DNA of 64,000 nt, taken from assembly GCF_009914755.1 (NCBI RefSeq), contig NC_060937.1; one strand, written 5' to 3'. Shown in pieces: positions 60,866 to 64,000 of this stretch (the first letter of the stretch is position 1; each line of letters starts with the position of its first letter). Below the pieces are notes generated by a model, which saw only the letters and a program-made list of their open reading frames with translations, was not told the DNA's origin and searched no databases. The position numbers and the translations under genes are program-made. This DNA is from the human T2T-CHM13v2.0 reference genome, Homo sapiens.

Positions 60866-61781
60866 TTTGAAAAAAACTGAAACCATTTCTTCCTCTGCTC
60901 TCATACCACAACAATCATCAACACAGAAGACTTCTGTGAACAAATGTGTGTGTGGGAGGGAGTCTTTCCCCAGCACCAAGCAAGCAATCAGTTCTACAGA
61001 GGACACGAAAAGCTACCTGAAGGTAGTGTCAGATCCCACAGTTTGAGGGCTCAGTCTCTAAAACTGCTCCCCTCCTTCAGACCAGTTGCAAGTCCAGGCC
61101 TGTGAAACTTCTGACCTACTGGTTTCAAGGTGGGGTTCCCATGACCCCCACTTTGTGTTTGATAAATTAGAGTGGCTCACAAAACTCAGGGAAACACTTA
61201 TATTTACTAGTTTATTAAAAAGGATGTTACAAAGGATGCAGATGAAGAGATGCATAGAACAAAGTATGGGGGAAGGGGTGCAAAGCTTCCATGCCCTCCC
61301 TGGGTGCACCACACTCCAGGAGCCTCAATGTGTTCAGCTATCTGGAGGCTTTCTGGATCCTGTCCACTTGGGCTTTTCATGGAGACTTCATTGGATAGGC
61401 ACAATTGACAGCCATGTAGAAATGTGACTGGACAAAAAAGGTACGATCTAAACACAGCAAGGACTATCTGTTCAGGGTCTTCTTGGCCTCTCTCTGCATC
61501 ATTTCTTCCTCCAGGTTATGGGATAGGACCTCCTCTTAAAGGAGTGTCTTATGACTGATCCATAGTCATATAATAAGATTAGAGTTCTGTCTTGGACCGG
61601 TAAAAGGAGGGCAAGAAATCACAGAGAGACTCTATTTACTATAACAAGGGTTATGGGAGTTACGAGCCAGGAATCATGAACAAAAACCTATATATACCTA
61701 TATGTGTGCATATATATGTATTCACATATATGTATACATACATACACACACATATATATATGAATCAATAATAATATCACA
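60866..61781 (-). mobile_element. MER21A-like ERV1 solo LTR
   Basis: Minus strand starts TGTGATATT...TTCCTGGCTCGTAACTCC. Plus strand contains ACACAGAAGACTTCTGTG and GTGTCAGATCCCACAG. Possible TSD CTTG (60862-60865 / 61782-61785). Confidence 0.75.
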
Positions 61782-64000
61782 CTTGTACATGAACAATTGA
61801 AATACTAATGCTGCTTTGTCTTTTGGTCTCTGTTTTGCAGGTATATCTATTGTGGAGAATCCATCTTGTAAAGTAACACACAGGAACTGTTGCCTCTAAA
61901 ATACGTTCAAAAGACTTTGTACTTCAATGGGATTATAATCCATTGTGTGTCTATTAATCTAGGTAATGATCTCTTAATAAAACAAGTTCAGATATCTGTT
62001 ATGGGCCATATTTGTCATAGTATCATATGCCTTAATACTTACAGGTAATCTTATTGTGGATGCAAAGTAACAAGGAAAAAGGAATACTAAGCAAATGGAG
62101 ATCAATGTCAGTTTAGATGTGACACAGTGGATTTATATATCCACCACTGATAGCCCTAGACCCTTCTTTCCCATTCTCTCCCTAATCTATTTCTTTAAAT
62201 GTGGTAGTAAATATCACTTTTTAAATTTTCCTTTTTCTTTCTGCTTGCCCAGCATCTATTCCCCCCTGATTTCTAGTAAAAAATTATTCTTTTACTCTGG
62301 AACTTCCCCTCAAACCAAGTGTGACAGTAAATATAATAACCCATATTTGCCAACACAATGGAGGAAAGGTGGCCCAAACATGGTCACAGTGATCACCAAG
62401 AGTGCCTATGGAAGCCCTTTGGCATGTTCGAACTATATTTATGGATGTCTACTACCCATGTGATACTGTCTGTGAACTCAACGTCATCCTAGTTCAATTG
62501 AGGGCAAGATAAGGATATGAATATAGACTTTTTTTCTGTTAGATTAGCTCAAAACACAAAAGATCAGAGGGATATTCAAGCCCTTGGTTTGAGTTATACC
62601 TAAAACCAGCCACCTCTCTGAATTTTACATCACTTATTCAGTGTCCAATAATTGAGAGTACACAGGTTTTACGTGTACAATGCTTTAATAAATATCCATA
62701 AAAGATATGGCACAACAGAGAAAAGACAGAGCAGGCAATTAGGGAGAGATTAATACACTGCCATGCACTGCTCATTCGGGTCCTTTCTCAGCTACAGTGG
62801 ATGTTCTTTGTCTTTGAATAATGAGCCCCTGTGATCAGTAAGACATACCTCGGTTTTAGGTAAGCTAGCTTCCTGGAATAAGCCTATTGAGGAGTCTCTT
62901 AATATCCACATGTTCATGTAACTAAAGCTAGGCTGATAAGCAGTTGAACCAGAAAGAACCATTAATCTATACTTCCCTAAACAAGATAAGCAAGCAAGTA
63001 CACAGAGCCTCCAAGGGAACTTCAAATTTTACATCACAATTCTATTGTCCAAATATATACTCAAAATATTCTCAATAAGCATTCAATGACAGCAAGCAGC
63101 AAGTGTGGATAAACCAATACTGGCCAAAATGCTCTAAGAGAGAGTGGGACAAAATTGGCACATCTATTGTCTTATGAAAACCAAACATGTCTTTACTGAA
63201 AAGAAGTATTCTGAAGAAAAAGACTTATTGGCTCATAATGGACACTTAGAAGGGTCTTCTAAAAGCGAGGGACAGGATGGCAAAGACCTCTGTAGATACT
63301 ATGGTTTAAAATAATAGATAAACAGACTCAACAAGTAGTTCATGATGCTAAGAAAAAGGAGTGAAACAGAGAATGCACACTGACCCAAGAGACTCTAACA
63401 AGTATGATCCTCCAGAAAGGAGCTAAGGAAGCCCAAGGTCGATGGTGTAGGATGTTGGCAGTGAGAGCACCAGGAATAAATTCATGAGAGAAGTAAGGTC
63501 CCCCAGGTGAAGTCAATGGGAATTTCTAAGTGGAAAAATGTAATTAGCACAGGTGCTCTCTAACTGCCAGGCCTCACAGATAAATACAAAAGAGATTTAC
63601 CAAATAGTGCAGAAAATTGGGATTAGAAAGCTATTTAACTTACTAGGATTTTACTGAAGGGAGAAAGATGGGTATTACTTAAAGATAAAATACAACGCAA
63701 ACACTAGCAGTACAACCTTGCAGTATAAAATAAGCATGTGGCAGCGCCTGCAAGAGACTTGGGATCTGGAATAACATGAAACTTAGCCCTTGATTTATAC
63801 TTTAGCCCATGACAGTATTTGGTAAATGAACGGGGCTGATTTTGTTGGGAATTCTAAGAAAATACTAGCGACTTATTTTGTAATAATTTCAGTCTAACGT
63901 AACCACGGTTTATAGCCATCATTTTCAGTAACATGGGTGTAATTTTTACGATACAGTTGATTGGTTTTAAAATAATCTATGGCAATAGTTATGTCTGTAA

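Noticed and set aside
63719-63746. Second CTCF-like motif (TGCAGT...AAGCATGTGGCAGCG)
   Set aside because: Mismatches at two near-invariant core positions.

Overview
AT-rich, CpG-poor primate intergenic DNA. A near-consensus AluYa5 indicates it is human. I see no multi-exon protein-coding gene, tRNA/rRNA or CRISPR array. The only real coding sequence is a full-length, frame-intact processed retrocopy of RPL13A (26731-27411, minus strand) with poly(A) tail, target-site duplication (TSD), 5'TOP leader and a probable cap-derived G. The rest is mostly transposon fossils: about 9 Alus, L1/L2/MIR pieces, a complete THE1 provirus, an old MLT1 provirus, and several solo or nested LTRs, plus microsatellites. 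Notable details: a twin-primed (5'-inverted) L1 with TSD, a TSD-less and possibly chimeric Alu, an Alu with an internal tandem duplication, a segment-shuffling rearrangement at 7.5-8.6 kb, a strong CTCF core plus upstream motif, and a 179-bp strictly alternating purine/pyrimidine tract with 7 E-boxes. I cannot support a new biological system here. Repeat subfamily names come from recalled consensus sequences, and old-repeat boundaries are approximate.
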